A DNA stretch of 63,035 nt, counting the filler, from Intoshia linei (lineage: Eukaryota; Animalia; Orthonectida): NCBI GenBank assembly GCA_001642005.1. It is 8 parts of 8 records of this genome, joined end to end, with 100 filler letters (N's around TTAATTAATTAA, not from the genome) between each part and the next. Parts side by side here need not be neighbours in the genome. Positions count along the whole stretch, not along the records: positions 1 to 5,129 come from LWCA01001826.1; positions 5,230 to 8,667 come from LWCA01002091.1; positions 8,768 to 28,261 come from LWCA01000728.1; 5 more parts are not named here. The stretch is one strand, 5' to 3'. Each line of letters starts with the position of its first letter. The stretch's first letter is position 1. The position numbers and the translations under genes are program-made. This document shows, one piece after another, positions 1-11,800 of the stretch. Below the pieces are notes generated by a model. That model saw only the letters and a program-made list of their open reading frames with translations. It was not told the DNA's origin and ran no database searches.

Positions 1-828
1 ATACAATATGTTGTTTATGCAATTCGTTGAAAGTAATCTGAATTTCAAATTTTTTAGAAGCAACAAAAAATTCATTCAAATAAGGTGATTCAGACGTGTT
101 TTTAATATTTTCAATGTACTCATAATTAATGATATTAAGCGGGATAAATATTTTTTAAGTTTTTCACAGACCTCATTTTTTTAAATGAAAATATAAATAA
201 TAATAATTATTAGTCATTTATAAGTTTTATCTCAAATAATAAATTTTGAGAATAATTCAAGATGTAATTTAATACGAATCTAACGAGTTCTTAAAATATA
301 AAAGCAAACTTTTAAAGTATTTTTTATATTTTTCAAGGTCTGCTTAAAAGTTTACTTGTTTTTGATAAGCATTTTTCGTTCTACTCTCAAATATAAGAAT
401 ACTTCTTACAATCGAGAAAAGACAGTAGAAGTTATACTTTACTATTTTATAATTTAGTTTAATGTAAATTGTAAATGTAAATAAAATTTAGTAAAATGTA
501 ATTTGTAAAAATAAATGTCAAAAAAATAAAGTTATATTTTTACAAAATTTGAAAAATGTCAAAAAAAAACTTGCCCTACTTATCTCATAATTTATGAGAG
601 ACGAAGAAGACAAAAAAAGTTTCATTTATATAAATGACGATGTAACGATTGGCAGATAAGAACTCTGATAAGTTCATCTTAAATAAAAAGACATCCAAAT
701 CTCGATTCGAACCTAGCGACGCAGAATACAATATGACTATAACCACTCTGCTAGTTAGACATTACAAGTGAGTTATATCAAAAGTATATATTCAAATCTC
801 GATTAGTATGGTAGCGATATATCACTAC

Positions 829-1220
829 TAGGGCCACAATTGTCAAAAAGTCAATCACATTTTAACCTTTTTATGGCACATTCTTAAATGTATTACAGAC
901 GATAACCATATAAACTAAATTAAATTTAAAATTATTGAAATTTTTATTTTTATCATGTGAAATGTATATGTAATTTAGTGTAAATTTACACTAATTTCAA
1001 CTTATATTTTATTTATTGTGTATATATTTTTATTTACTAAAATTTAATTTAATTTTTGTTAGTTAAAAGTACAATATAAATAAATAAAAAAATAAATTTC
1101 AATGAAAATTTATCAAAAAAACAATAATTTTTAAATTTCGCTGTAACAACGAATTTTATTATCAATCTGAAAAATCTTCCCAAGAATGTGCCATAAAATA
1201 GTCAAAAAACGGTGGCCCTA
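829..1220. mobile_element. Non-autonomous hAT-type MITE
   Basis: TIR TAGGGCCAC...GTGGCCCTA, internal inverted TTTTATGGCACATTCTT/AAGAATGTGCCATAAAA, and a perfect 8-bp TSD ATCACTAC (821-828 and 1221-1228). Confidence 0.9.
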
Positions 1221-1553
1221 ATCACTACAGGCGAGTTAAAATAAATTCGAATCGAGTTACTCGATTGTTGTTTTTATAAATATTTGATACATTTGTATTT
1301 CATTTATCTAAAATTTATATGCATGTATGGAATTTTGAAATGATAATTTCAATTTAATTTTAACTGCAACAATATTGTTATTCTAATAGTAAGACAGTGT
1401 AACAGTTGATACACGTTGATAAATCTTGTTTATCAGGAATGTCCTGGCAATTTTACAGATAAAGTTATTAGTAATTGAGAAGTGGATTGATTAAAAGTTA
1501 AAATTGAGCTGAAGCTGAGAATTTATATTCATTTCAAATATTTATAAACCGTA

Positions 1554-2260
1554 ATGTATGATGATATGAAAGTTAATGAAGACGACGACGATTTTTTCGA
1601 ACCTAGATCACATTTTGTTGTTGTAATCGCTGTTAGACTTTTTTAAAAACCTTTTTAGAAAGTAGAACGATACCTGGATTTGACAGTTTCTTATTTGAAA
1701 GCTAGATGGACCTTTACATTTGTTATGGTCTTTTTAACCAATTTTAACGTCATTTTTTTTAAAGTTTGTCATTTATTAACGAAATTAATTTAATTATTTT
1801 AGGGTCACTATGTTGTAGCCTATACTTTAGGAATATATTTGTTGAATTTGTTGCTGCAATTCTTGTCGCCTAAAATTGATCCAGCGTTATCAGACGGTAA
1901 TGAATATTTTGAGATTTATAATTTAGTTTAGATGACGGACCCACTCTCCCTATGACAGAAAAAGACGAAGAATTTAAACCATTTATACGCAGACTTGATG
2001 AATTCAATTGTTGGAAACGTTCCACGATGGCTGTAGTTATCGGCTATATTTGCACATTTATTCCCTTTTTTAATATTCCTGTGTTTTGGCCCATCCTTTT
2101 GATATATTTTTGTATATTATTCACGGTGACAATGAAGCGACAAATTATGGTAATATGAATAATTTTTAAATCATTTATAATATAGCACATGATCAAGTAC
2201 AAGTATATTCCGATGACAATTGGGAAACAAACTTACAACAGTCCAGTCATCGACAATTAA
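1554..2260 (+). CDS. RER1: Protein RER1 (Golgi-to-ER retrieval receptor), 5 exons
   Basis: Exons 1554-1622, 1659-1763, 1803-1896, 1932-2149, 2186-2260 with 35-39 bp GT-AG introns. Translation includes [49 protein letters not shown] and [16 protein letters not shown], all Rer1-family motifs. Confidence 0.95.
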
Positions 2261-2323
2261 GACACCATTATATTTTTTAAATTCTTGATAAAATTTAATA
2301 CCATTTTATACAAATACTATTTA

Positions 2324-2680
2324 TCATATTTTACGCGATCCGTTTAATTTGACGTTTTCACTTTTATCTGATACTGTCAAAGTTTTAAATATAGTCATTG
2401 CCTAAATATACATTATATTTATATAAATATTTAACCTGTGTTATAGCGCCCGACATATCCCCCATATTGGAAGGTAATAAAATAGTATTTCCAGTTTTGG
2501 CTACATTGGAAAATGCAGAAATATATTTAATTGCTATTTCATAAGAAGCAGCGTTGGCACCGTTCTAGGTATGGTATATTAGTATACTATAGATTCATAC
2601 CCCTGTTTTAATAGCTTCCGCAATGTTAAGTAGTGTTTCAGCCTTTGCTTTTGCATTTTGTATTATTGCATTAGATTCAC
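2324..2680 (-). CDS. STOML2: Stomatin-like protein 2, last three exons (Band_7_C region); upstream exons not seen
   Basis: Spliced translation GESNAIIQNAKAKAETLLNIAEAIK..NGANAASYEIAIKYISAFSNVAKTGNTILLPSNMGDMSGAITQAMTIF matches the STOML2 C-terminus. Stop TGA at 2326-2324. Confidence 0.88.
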
Positions 2681-2722
2681 CTAAAAATATAGCAATTATA
2701 TTCACGCAAAAAAAAATTTATA

Positions 2723-3843
2723 CACGCTAATTCCTGATTAACGGACTGAATTTTAACTTAAAATGATTAGTGTCATAATTGTACTAAAGATTTTTTGGTT
2801 CAAATTAAAAGGTTTTAATACGTAACTTTTTTTTTATTCTTGATTAATGATGATAATCGTTGACTATTAATTAAATGGAATCAAAATATTTTCATTGTTT
2901 TAATGCAGTGGTTGTCGGTTTTAATAGTCAATGAACTAGGAAATGATATCCGGTTAATCGCTTACCATAATCAAAATATATTTCGAATAATCGAATTTTA
3001 AAAAATTTATATATGAATACTAAAATGCTTTTTTGACCGTAAAGTCATTACTTATTCGGATTTAAATTTTTTTAAATTCTAGGGCTATTTTCATTAAAAA
3101 AAAAAGGGTAATTTGGTGTTTTGGCCCTGCAGATATAATTTTAATTAAATTTAAATTTATGATAATGTTTATGATTTTAAAATCCGTATTAGCGTATATA
3201 TATTATTAAATTCTCTAACTCGTTTGATTTTCAAAAAGAAGGACAATTGGGTTTTTGACCCGTAAGATGTGAGTTTGGGAGATTAAAATTTATCTTATTA
3301 TATGACCTGGAAAAAACTGTAATTGAAATGTGGACTTTATAAAATTCTAAGACAGGTAGTTATTTTAATAAAGTGGAACACACACACAAACAAAAATCGC
3401 GTAGCATATTATATAAGTAAGGATTATTGGTTTTCAAATTTTCGAATAATCAGGACTCCATAGTATGAACCCCCATTTCAAAAAGTAAAAAAGGATTTTT
3501 TATAGAGGGTTGGTAAAATTTCACTTTTTGTTTTGGATTAGAAAATTGTTGTTCATAAGATTTAGTAAAATCGGATTATTCAAAAAAATGTTGGTAAAAT
3601 TCGATTTTTTATTTTGTGGTTTGATTAAGTGCATCCTTTTCGTAAAATCGAATTTTTCAAAAAAATATCGGTAAAAGTTAATTTTTCACTGAGGCCTTTG
3701 AATAAAATTTTTCTACATTTTATTTAAATATCAGTACACCCAGCCATATAATTTTGTATACTTTATTTATGAAAAATTCCTGCATAACGAAATGAGATTA
3801 TTTTTAGGACCAATTATTCCGTTAACGTGGAATTTAACGACTA
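2723..3843. mobile_element. TA-flanked MITE (same family as 33990-34726) carrying a nested Helitron-like insertion
   Basis: Shares CACGCT(A/T)ATT..CCTGATTAACGGACTGAATTT and CCAATTATTCCGTTAACG ends with the copy at 33990-34726. Confidence 0.6.
2990..3424 (-). repeat. Dispersed Helitron-like non-autonomous repeat; further copies at ~5230-6144(-), 11260-12152(+), 17196-17815(+), 18670-19553(-), 25960-26306(-), 27317-27580(-), 45121-45480(+), 51580-51870(-), 60915-61275(+)
   Basis: Long shared blocks (e.g. TCTTAGAATTTTATAAAGTCCACATTT, CAAACTCACATCTTAC, TCTTCAGGGCCAAAA). The 5' end reads A^TCCTTACTTATATAAT followed by a TG-rich tract; the copy ending at 12152 terminates in CTAG^T. No TIR or TSD seen. 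Confidence 0.6.
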
Positions 3844-5129
3844 TAAAAATGCAGTTTTTAATGATAATAATTAATTGTTTAATATAGCGATGGGCAGAAT
3901 TTATTTTAAGTTTTACCCTGCTAAGGTAACATAATAAGCTAATTTCATTAAGTAAAAAGACAACTATCTTAATATACTGTAGAGGTGCCCAAGATTTGAT
4001 CGTAAAAAATTCATTCGATTTTTCCTCTTCAGTATTCCAACTTAAAAGATATATTAAGAATCAAAAAATTGAAGTAGCCTTAATGTCGATGTATGTGAAT
4101 GTAATGTATATTATTATCTAAATTGTTAGGTTTGACTAGTAGAGCAAAGTTTACAGAGTTTTAATAATAATTTGATATAAATGAAAGAATTAGAAATTCT
4201 GAATATTATTTTTTACAAAAGAAACGAACTCTAATAAACAAATCAGCTTACCTTTTTCCTTTTAATATGGTAATTAGGATACTGCTAAAAATAAGAAAAT
4301 TTTTGTAATATCAATTGTTTTCAAAATTATTTATTTTTTAAATTACTTCAAAGTAAAATACTCTATACCAGTGTTTCCCAACCTGGGCGATGCAAAGATA
4401 TATAAAAAAATATATATTTTGAATTTTTTTCAACAAATTAAATTCAATTTCATCAAATAAAAATAAATTGAATGATAATTATGGCAATTTTTTATTGACT
4501 TATAGAATAACAAAAAAATGACCTAAAAATGTAATTACTGACGTTATCTGACCTTAAAATTTTTGTTTGTTTTTATGGTTAATACCAGATGAATCGTACC
4601 CAAACCTTCCTTTCGTAGGCCTTAAATTAAATCAATACAATATTTAAACATCTTTATTTTAATATTCTCATAGGCCCCGAATCAAAAAAACGATTAAAAT
4701 CTCATTGTGTGATTAGAGATGTTAAAAATTATTAATGTTCATTGTAGTACAGAGGACGTCACGACTTTTAGTCAATCGACCCCAAAAAAATTTTAGTATT
4801 GAATTGACCCCCAAAATTTTTTTCTAATCTAAATTCATTCTTATTAACAAAATGACCTTTATTAGCATTATTATTTAAATTTTATGAGCTTTTTTAATTG
4901 GTTGAAATGAAATAGTTCGCCAACAAATAAATTTTAGACATAATATAATATTTTATTGAAGTTCAAATTACACTTAAAATTTAATTAGTTTTAATCAAAT
5001 CGACCCCTATGAAGACCATTGTTGTAGGATAACAATATACTTCTTAACATTAACTAGTATAAATTGCCTCTGTTAAGTTAGCAATTTTTTTAACAAACTG
5101 AAACTCCGTTCAACACTATTTGTGGTAGA

Positions 5130-5229
5130 NNNNNNNNNNNNNNNNNNNNNNNNNNNNNNNNNNNNNNNNNNNNTTAATTAATTAANNNNNNNNNNNNNNN
5201 NNNNNNNNNNNNNNNNNNNNNNNNNNNNN
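5130..5229. other. Scaffold gap with artificial TTAATTAATTAA linker (also 8668-8767, 28262-28361, 35730-35829, 48669-48768, 58288-58387, 61277-61376)
   Basis: The same N-run/TTAATTAATTAA/N-run block occurs 7 times. The 12-mer gives stops in all six frames. Confidence 0.97.
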
Positions 5230-6171
5230 TATATAGATTTTCACCCATATTTCTTTATTGGAAATGTGTCGACGTTCAATAATAATTTTTTTTGATATTG
5301 TAGGATCAATATTTACATTTTCAATTTTTATTTTAATCAACATATTTGAAAAATATTGGTTGATAATATATTCAAAATTATTTTTCACCAGGAATGCGTA
5401 GATTTCAGGAATGGAAATTTTGTATTTATATCAACTGGAATAATCTCTATCAGAATAATCATTTTTTTTAATTTTCGAACCGTTAATTATTTCACATTAA
5501 ATATTTCGGAAAAAAATATATGAATACTAAAATGCTTTTTTGAATGTGAAGTCGTCACTTATTCGGATTGAAATTTTTGTGTGTGTGTTAATAGGCTACA
5601 GCTGTACCACCTGTAAATTTTTTTCAATTCTAGGGCTGTTTTCATAAAAAAAAGGGTAATTTGGGGTTTTGGCCCTGAAGATATAATTTTTTTAAATTTA
5701 AATTTATGATAATAGTAATAATATTACCAACATCACAGCCGAACAGCTAAATAAACTTAATCCTAGGAAACCAATCAGGTAACACCATTCTATTGACAAA
5801 CAAAATTGAAGAAAAATAAATTATACTTTAACTATAATTAAATTTGTTTGAACTAATTGACTCAATATCCTTACAATAATGTTTATGATTTTAAAATCCG
5901 TATCAGCGTATATATTTTTTTAAATTCTCCAACTCGTTTGATTTTCAAAAAAAGGACAATTGGGGTTTTTGACCAGTAAGATGTGAGTTTGAAATTTATA
6001 TATATATTATTATAATTTTTTTATTATCACCTGGAAAGAACTGTAATTGAAATGTAGACTTTATAAAATTCTAAGACTGGTAGTTATTGAAATAAAGTAG
6101 AACACACAAACAAATATTGAGTAGCATATTATATAAGTAAGGATAAATAATATTTCTTAAATATTTCATAC

Positions 6172-7378
6172 CAGGCATTAGATTTTACATTCTTTTTAAT
6201 TTTTAATTTATTGCGTGTCATTTGTAACTCGTTCATCTAATAATATAGTACATGTATGTTTAACAAAAAATAATAAGGTAACATGTGTTTATCATCAGAC
6301 GGTAATTAAAATAATAACAGAAAAATTACAATTATTAAAAAATAACACAAAAAGGCCAAGATTAAAAACTAGAAATTACCCTATACCAGTCTTTTCGAAC
6401 CGTTTAGGACAATCGACCATTATAAATTAAAAAAATTTAAATTTTATTAAATTTTTCGTGACAGCATAAGACAAATTAATAACATACACGTAATTTTTGC
6501 AATTCTTCCTGTTCAATTTGTTCAAAAGAGAGGCTAAATTAAAATGTATTGTACTTATATTTGCATTTATAAATAATATTTATACTAGTGTTTCCTAATT
6601 TTTTTGTGGCGTCGACTGTAAATTATATGGAAAAAATTTAATTTTAAATTTGATTCTTAATGTTTAATTTAGTTCACCTTAAGACAAAAACACTATTACT
6701 GTGAACTAAAGTTCTGCAACACGATCCGATGCAGAACTCCACTGTGAACTCGTATATATGGAAGGATCTATGTATGAAAATTTAGTGATACGAAATCAAG
6801 CCGTAATGTCTAGCCAGCGTAGCTGGCGTGGTGATGAAAAAAACATTGACAACCACCCGTCTAATAAACCTTAATTTAAATGATTAAAATGTATTTAGAG
6901 TTCATGGAATTTATGTCTACGGTGAATATCATTTGACAACTCTTACCATATGATTTTTGTTTACATTTTAAAAGCTAAATAGTCAATTAGTGGTGGATAC
7001 AGCCTCTTTTGTATTTTTTGATAATGTATCATTGGAAAACCAATGAAGACAAATAAATTACGTTGGGGAAGTATGTACTGATTTCCAAGGATTTCTTTGT
7101 TTTTCATTTTCCAGTAACTTTTCTTGTTGGTTCTATTTTAAATAAATTAATTTAAATGACAATTACTACAAAAAAAGTTTGACCAATTTTTGAATTACCC
7201 ATGGACGACAAACCAAGACAAAATGACGCCCATTTTTTTAAATTTTTATTTTGATCAATATTATAATCACCTTAAACTGTTTTTCTTTTTCCAGGTAGAT
7301 TTTTTCAAATTCTTGCTCTCTAATAATATCATACATAGGGACAATTTTTTTAGGTGTTACAGACCAACCAGTTTTTTT
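6172..7378 (-). CDS. Unknown protein, four phase-compatible exons with repeated W...(D/Q)IxxE(Q/E) motif
   Basis: Exons ~7378-7271, 7132-7062, 6534-6488, 6236-6172 join in frame: KKTGWSVTPKKIVPMYDIIREQEFEK..NPWKSVHTSPTLSFEQIEQEELQKLRMNELQMTRNKLKIKKNVKSNA. Possible start ATG at 7584. The 3' end is not resolved. Confidence 0.55.
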
Positions 7379-8105
7379 CTAAATAAACATAATTAAACCT
7401 AAATATCCCAAACTCTTCAGGGTAACCGGAAAGCTAGGCACAACACGACATATTTGATATACCACATAAAGTCATACACAATATGTATAAAGACAATATA
7501 AAATTTTACTATATAAAAAATTTACAATATTAAATATTGAATTATTTTATTTATTTATACCACATAATAATACTTTGATGCCATTTTCACTTGGTGACAC
7601 AAATTTCAATCAAAAATTTTTAGACACCTAAATTCCTTTACGTATACAAAATTGAATCTCAGTATGTTTTACCGTTTAATTTAAAAATTAAGCTATAAAT
7701 TATAATTTAAAAAAAACTTAGTTTTTAATACAGTTTTTCAAGGATAATTTTTTAGTCCAAATTTTATTTTCAGAAATTAAGTCTTTCTAGACCAAAAACA
7801 TAAATTACCCTTTTTTTTAAAAATAAAATGAGTTTAAAAATTAAAAAAAAACAAACGTGTTTTAAAAGCAATAACATGTGTAAAATCAAATATCAACCTA
7901 CGAAACTCACTTCTTCGTGGTAAAAACAACAAATCACCCTTTTATGCTAAATAAAAATTAATAGTAGCATTTTTATGTAACATTTTATCATCCATATTTT
8001 TATTATTGTTAATTTATATTTTGGATAGAATTAAAAAAGTCCGCCATCGCCATAGCTAATTACTGTTTATAGCAAGTACATAACAGTCAAGCTGGTATAA
8101 TAATA

Positions 8106-8181
8106 CAGTGGAATCCGCTTATAAGAGACGCATCGGGACCAAGCAATTTGTCCCTTATAACCGAACGTCTCTTATATCCGA
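8106..8181. mobile_element. pogo/Tigger-like terminal fragment
   Basis: TA^CAGTGGAATCCGCTTATAAG start with subterminal CTTATA repeats. Confidence 0.5.
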
Positions 8182-8214
8182 AAAATCATAATAAATAAAA
8201 TGTTAAGTAATATA

Positions 8215-8667
8215 CAGTGTCCTGCAAAATAAACTGGCACTTGTTAAAAAATATTACTTTTTCATAAACAATGATTAAATTCGAAAACATTAAATAATAT
8301 TTTAAATATACAAATGAAAATAACTCGTACATCTAAATGAGGAGATTTATTTAAGTGAATACTGGAATTGATGCACAATTTTTTAATTGAAATACAGGCA
8401 ATTTAAAAGTGATAATAAAATGTTGAAATTATGACAATCAATTATATACAATCAAATAAAATAAATTAATACTTTGTAGAAGCTCCTTTACATTTTATTA
8501 CTGAATTTATTCTTCGACGTATGGATTCATATAAATTTTTTATTATGGAAAATTCAATCTTCATCCATTCTTCAACAACAATATTCCACAACCCGTTCAA
8601 ATTTTGGGGGCTATTTTAGACACGTTCCTCTTTAATATGAACCACATATTTTCAATAATATTCAAAT
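8215..8667 (-). mobile_element. Tc1 transposon 3' end (decayed transposase C-terminus plus TIR), truncated by gap
   Basis: Minus strand gives LNIIENMW..LWNIVVEEWMKI..NLYESIRRRINSVIKCKGASTKY*. Terminus TA^CAGTGTCCTGCAAAAT. Confidence 0.85.
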
Positions 8668-8846
8668 NNNNNNNNNNNNNNNNNNNNNNNNNNNNNNNNN
8701 NNNNNNNNNNNTTAATTAATTAANNNNNNNNNNNNNNNNNNNNNNNNNNNNNNNNNNNNNNNNNNNNAAATGTAATGTTGTGTGACCATATGGTCACACT
8801 AAGAGTATATGGGTTAATATAATTATTTTGTGGAAAATATACAAAC

Positions 8847-11800
8847 CTTTAACTTTGCTATAAATTTTTTACTTGTTTGTAGATCACCTTTTAAATAAAA
8901 TGAAACTACACCACCAAACCCATTCATTTGTTTTTTAGAAATTTCATACGATTTGTGTGATTTTAAACCTGGGTAATTAACGGATTCAACGTTTGGGTGA
9001 TTTTCTAAGAATTGTGCAACAGTCATGGCATTTTTATTATGTTGCAACATTCGAAGTTTTAATGTTTTTAATCCACGGTTCATTAAATAACAGTCAAATG
9101 GAGAAGAAACGCTACCAATAGCTAAAATATTATATTATTAATTATTTTAATTTTTTACCATATTGATTAAATCTCAATTTTTGGTAAATATCGTCGTCGT
9201 TGGTAACGCATATTCCCATTATGACGTCAGTATGTCCTATAATTTGCTGATTAAATGTATATATTTTACTTTTAGATATACCATTTAAAAATTTGGAACC
9301 GCTATGATAAACAATATCTGCACCCAAATCCAAAGGTTTCTAAAATAAGACGTGTCGATTTATACAATGCATTATAGTTACCTGATTTACTGGGGTAGCA
9401 AATGTTGAATCTACCGCAAATATTAAATTATGACTTTTTGCAATTTTTGACAGCTTTTCGATGTCACACACTTTTAATAGAGGATTAGTTGGTGATTCAA
9501 TATATAACATCTAGTGTAACATGATATAATCAATGAATAAAATTAAATTAATTTTATATAAAAAATTATTAATAGAAAATTACTTTAGTATTTTCTTTTA
9601 TAAGACTTTCTATGTTATCAAGGTCGGAATCAAAATATGTTGTTTTAACATTGCAAGTTTTTTTGAGTAATCTAAATAAACGGTTGGATCCTAAAAAGTT
9701 ATCAATCACCCAATAATATAAGTAAATCCGGATTTTTTAAAAATGCTAATTGTGCAAAATTTATAATTTTAACATAGCATAACATAACATTTATCATCTA
9801 TATATCATATATACTTTTTAACTTTCAAATTGATAATAATAAAATTCAAAATGATAATAGTAAACTTCAAAAAGATAGTATTAAATTTCAAAATGCAAAT
9901 GTACTGCTCATGGTGTAATGTTGATCAATGAAACTAATTTTAATTTAGACATTTCAAGAAAAGAAGGTAGACCACTACCTGGTGAGCGTTGTACCTCAAT
10001 TGGGCTGGATCAAGAGTGCCATTACACACTGTATTGGTAATGTAAGACTTATCCACTATAAAATTAAAAAGGATCTTTCAGAAACGAAAGTGCACAAGAA
10101 TGGATGAAACATTGTCTCAGGAAAACCAAATTAAAATACGGTAGTCCTGTTGTCGTCGTTATTGGTAACGATTCAGTGTATAGATATGTGGAGAGTATAT
10201 TATTACTCCCAGAATTTTCTGAACATACATTTTTACGCATTTACCATACAACCCTATGCTCAACCCAATTGAGAGTGTGTGGTCAAGCGTTAAAACTAAA
10301 ATAAAAAGACCAATTGCGGTTCGCCTTGATAAGGTGTTACATCGACAAGAAAATTTATCTATGACTAAATAACGAAGTACACGTGCCCTAGAGTAGTTAA
10401 TGAGAAAATCTATTAATTCCACGTTAAAATATTATACGTGTACCAATTGTATTGCTGGTATAAGCAGACACATTGCAGCATCATTACAATTGAAAGACAT
10501 AACATTTTAATTTAATAATTCATAATTAATTAATTTTAAGTAATAATCATTTAATTTTTTAAAATTTATCATTTTGAAATTTAACATTTTTGTTTAGAAG
10601 TTTACTATTTTCAATATGAATTTTGTTATTCTCCTTTTTAATTTTATTATTATTATTTTAAAATTAAAAATGTACAGAGTTTCAGAGTCATAAATCTATC
10701 TCATGCCTTGTTTTCATTTAATGTCACAATACAACAAAAGTATGCAAGGATGATAAATACATCATCTTGTTCGTCTGAATAAGCTGATTAGCGTAATATC
10801 CATATTATTTTTAATTGAGGTTAAGGTTGGAGAAATTAAAAAATTAGACGGTCTTCAAATTCATCTGAAACAAAGCTAAAAACGCCGAGTATATATTTTA
10901 AGAAATATGTAGATGTGATGCAGAAAAACTAATTTCACCATCATGTTCAGAATAAAAATCTCTTCCAAGGTGCACTAAATTTATCTCTTGAATTAAAAAA
11001 ACTTTTTTTAGTTGGAATGTCATTAGTATTCAATTTACGTCAAAATTTGCAAATTATTTGGTCGTAAAATGATATTATTCTTTGATGACCGGAAAGAAAA
11101 ACATTTTTGAAGTTAATTTTAAAATTTAGTTTGGGCATCAACTAGAAAAAACATTTAAATTCTTATATTATCAATTATAATTATTTATTAATACAATATT
11201 GTAATACTTATTGAATATGTTTTCACTTTATATGTATATTGTGACATAGTTTACTTTATTTACTTTACTGTATAATAAAAAATTGAATGTCTGTGTTTGT
11301 GCTACCGTTGAATTAAAAATTTTAAGTCTTATAACTTAAAAAACTAATTTCCAATACAGTTGTTTTTATGTTTTTATGCAAGTTTCATATTCAAAAATTC
11401 AGGGTCAAAAGGTCAAAAAACTAATTCCCTTTTTTAAATAAAATCGGCCTTAGAATTTAAAAAAATCCATCCTGGCGTTTTTTAAAGTCATATACGTTTT
11501 CGTAGATCTTCAATGACCAATTGGTAACTGAAAATGCCTATACTTGGAAACACTCTGCTGTCATCGTTTATACATTACCTTACTAGGATTTAACTTATAT
11601 AAAACTCTTTGTACATTTATCTGTCTTTTATCGTTAATTTCAATAACTAAGAGTAATTTAGATATTAAAAATTCCATTTTTCTATTACAGAGTTTTCCAA
11701 TGGAGATATTAAGATAAATTTCAATCTCACAAACTTATATCTTACCGGTCAAAAACCCCAATCCTCTTTTTTTTTAAAAAACTAACGAGTCCTAAAATTT

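Noticed and set aside
705-760. GATTCGAACC B-box-like motif suggesting a tRNA
   Set aside because: No cloverleaf can be folded; at most a tRNA-derived SINE fragment.
5174-5185. TTAATTAATTAA recurring inside N-runs, like a regularly spaced repeat
   Set aside because: Assembly/scaffolding linker with six-frame stops, not biological.
2324-7378. Fusion of the orphan W-repeat exons with the STOML2 C-terminus
   Set aside because: A gap intervenes and splice phases do not match; missing STOML2 exons more likely lie in the gap.
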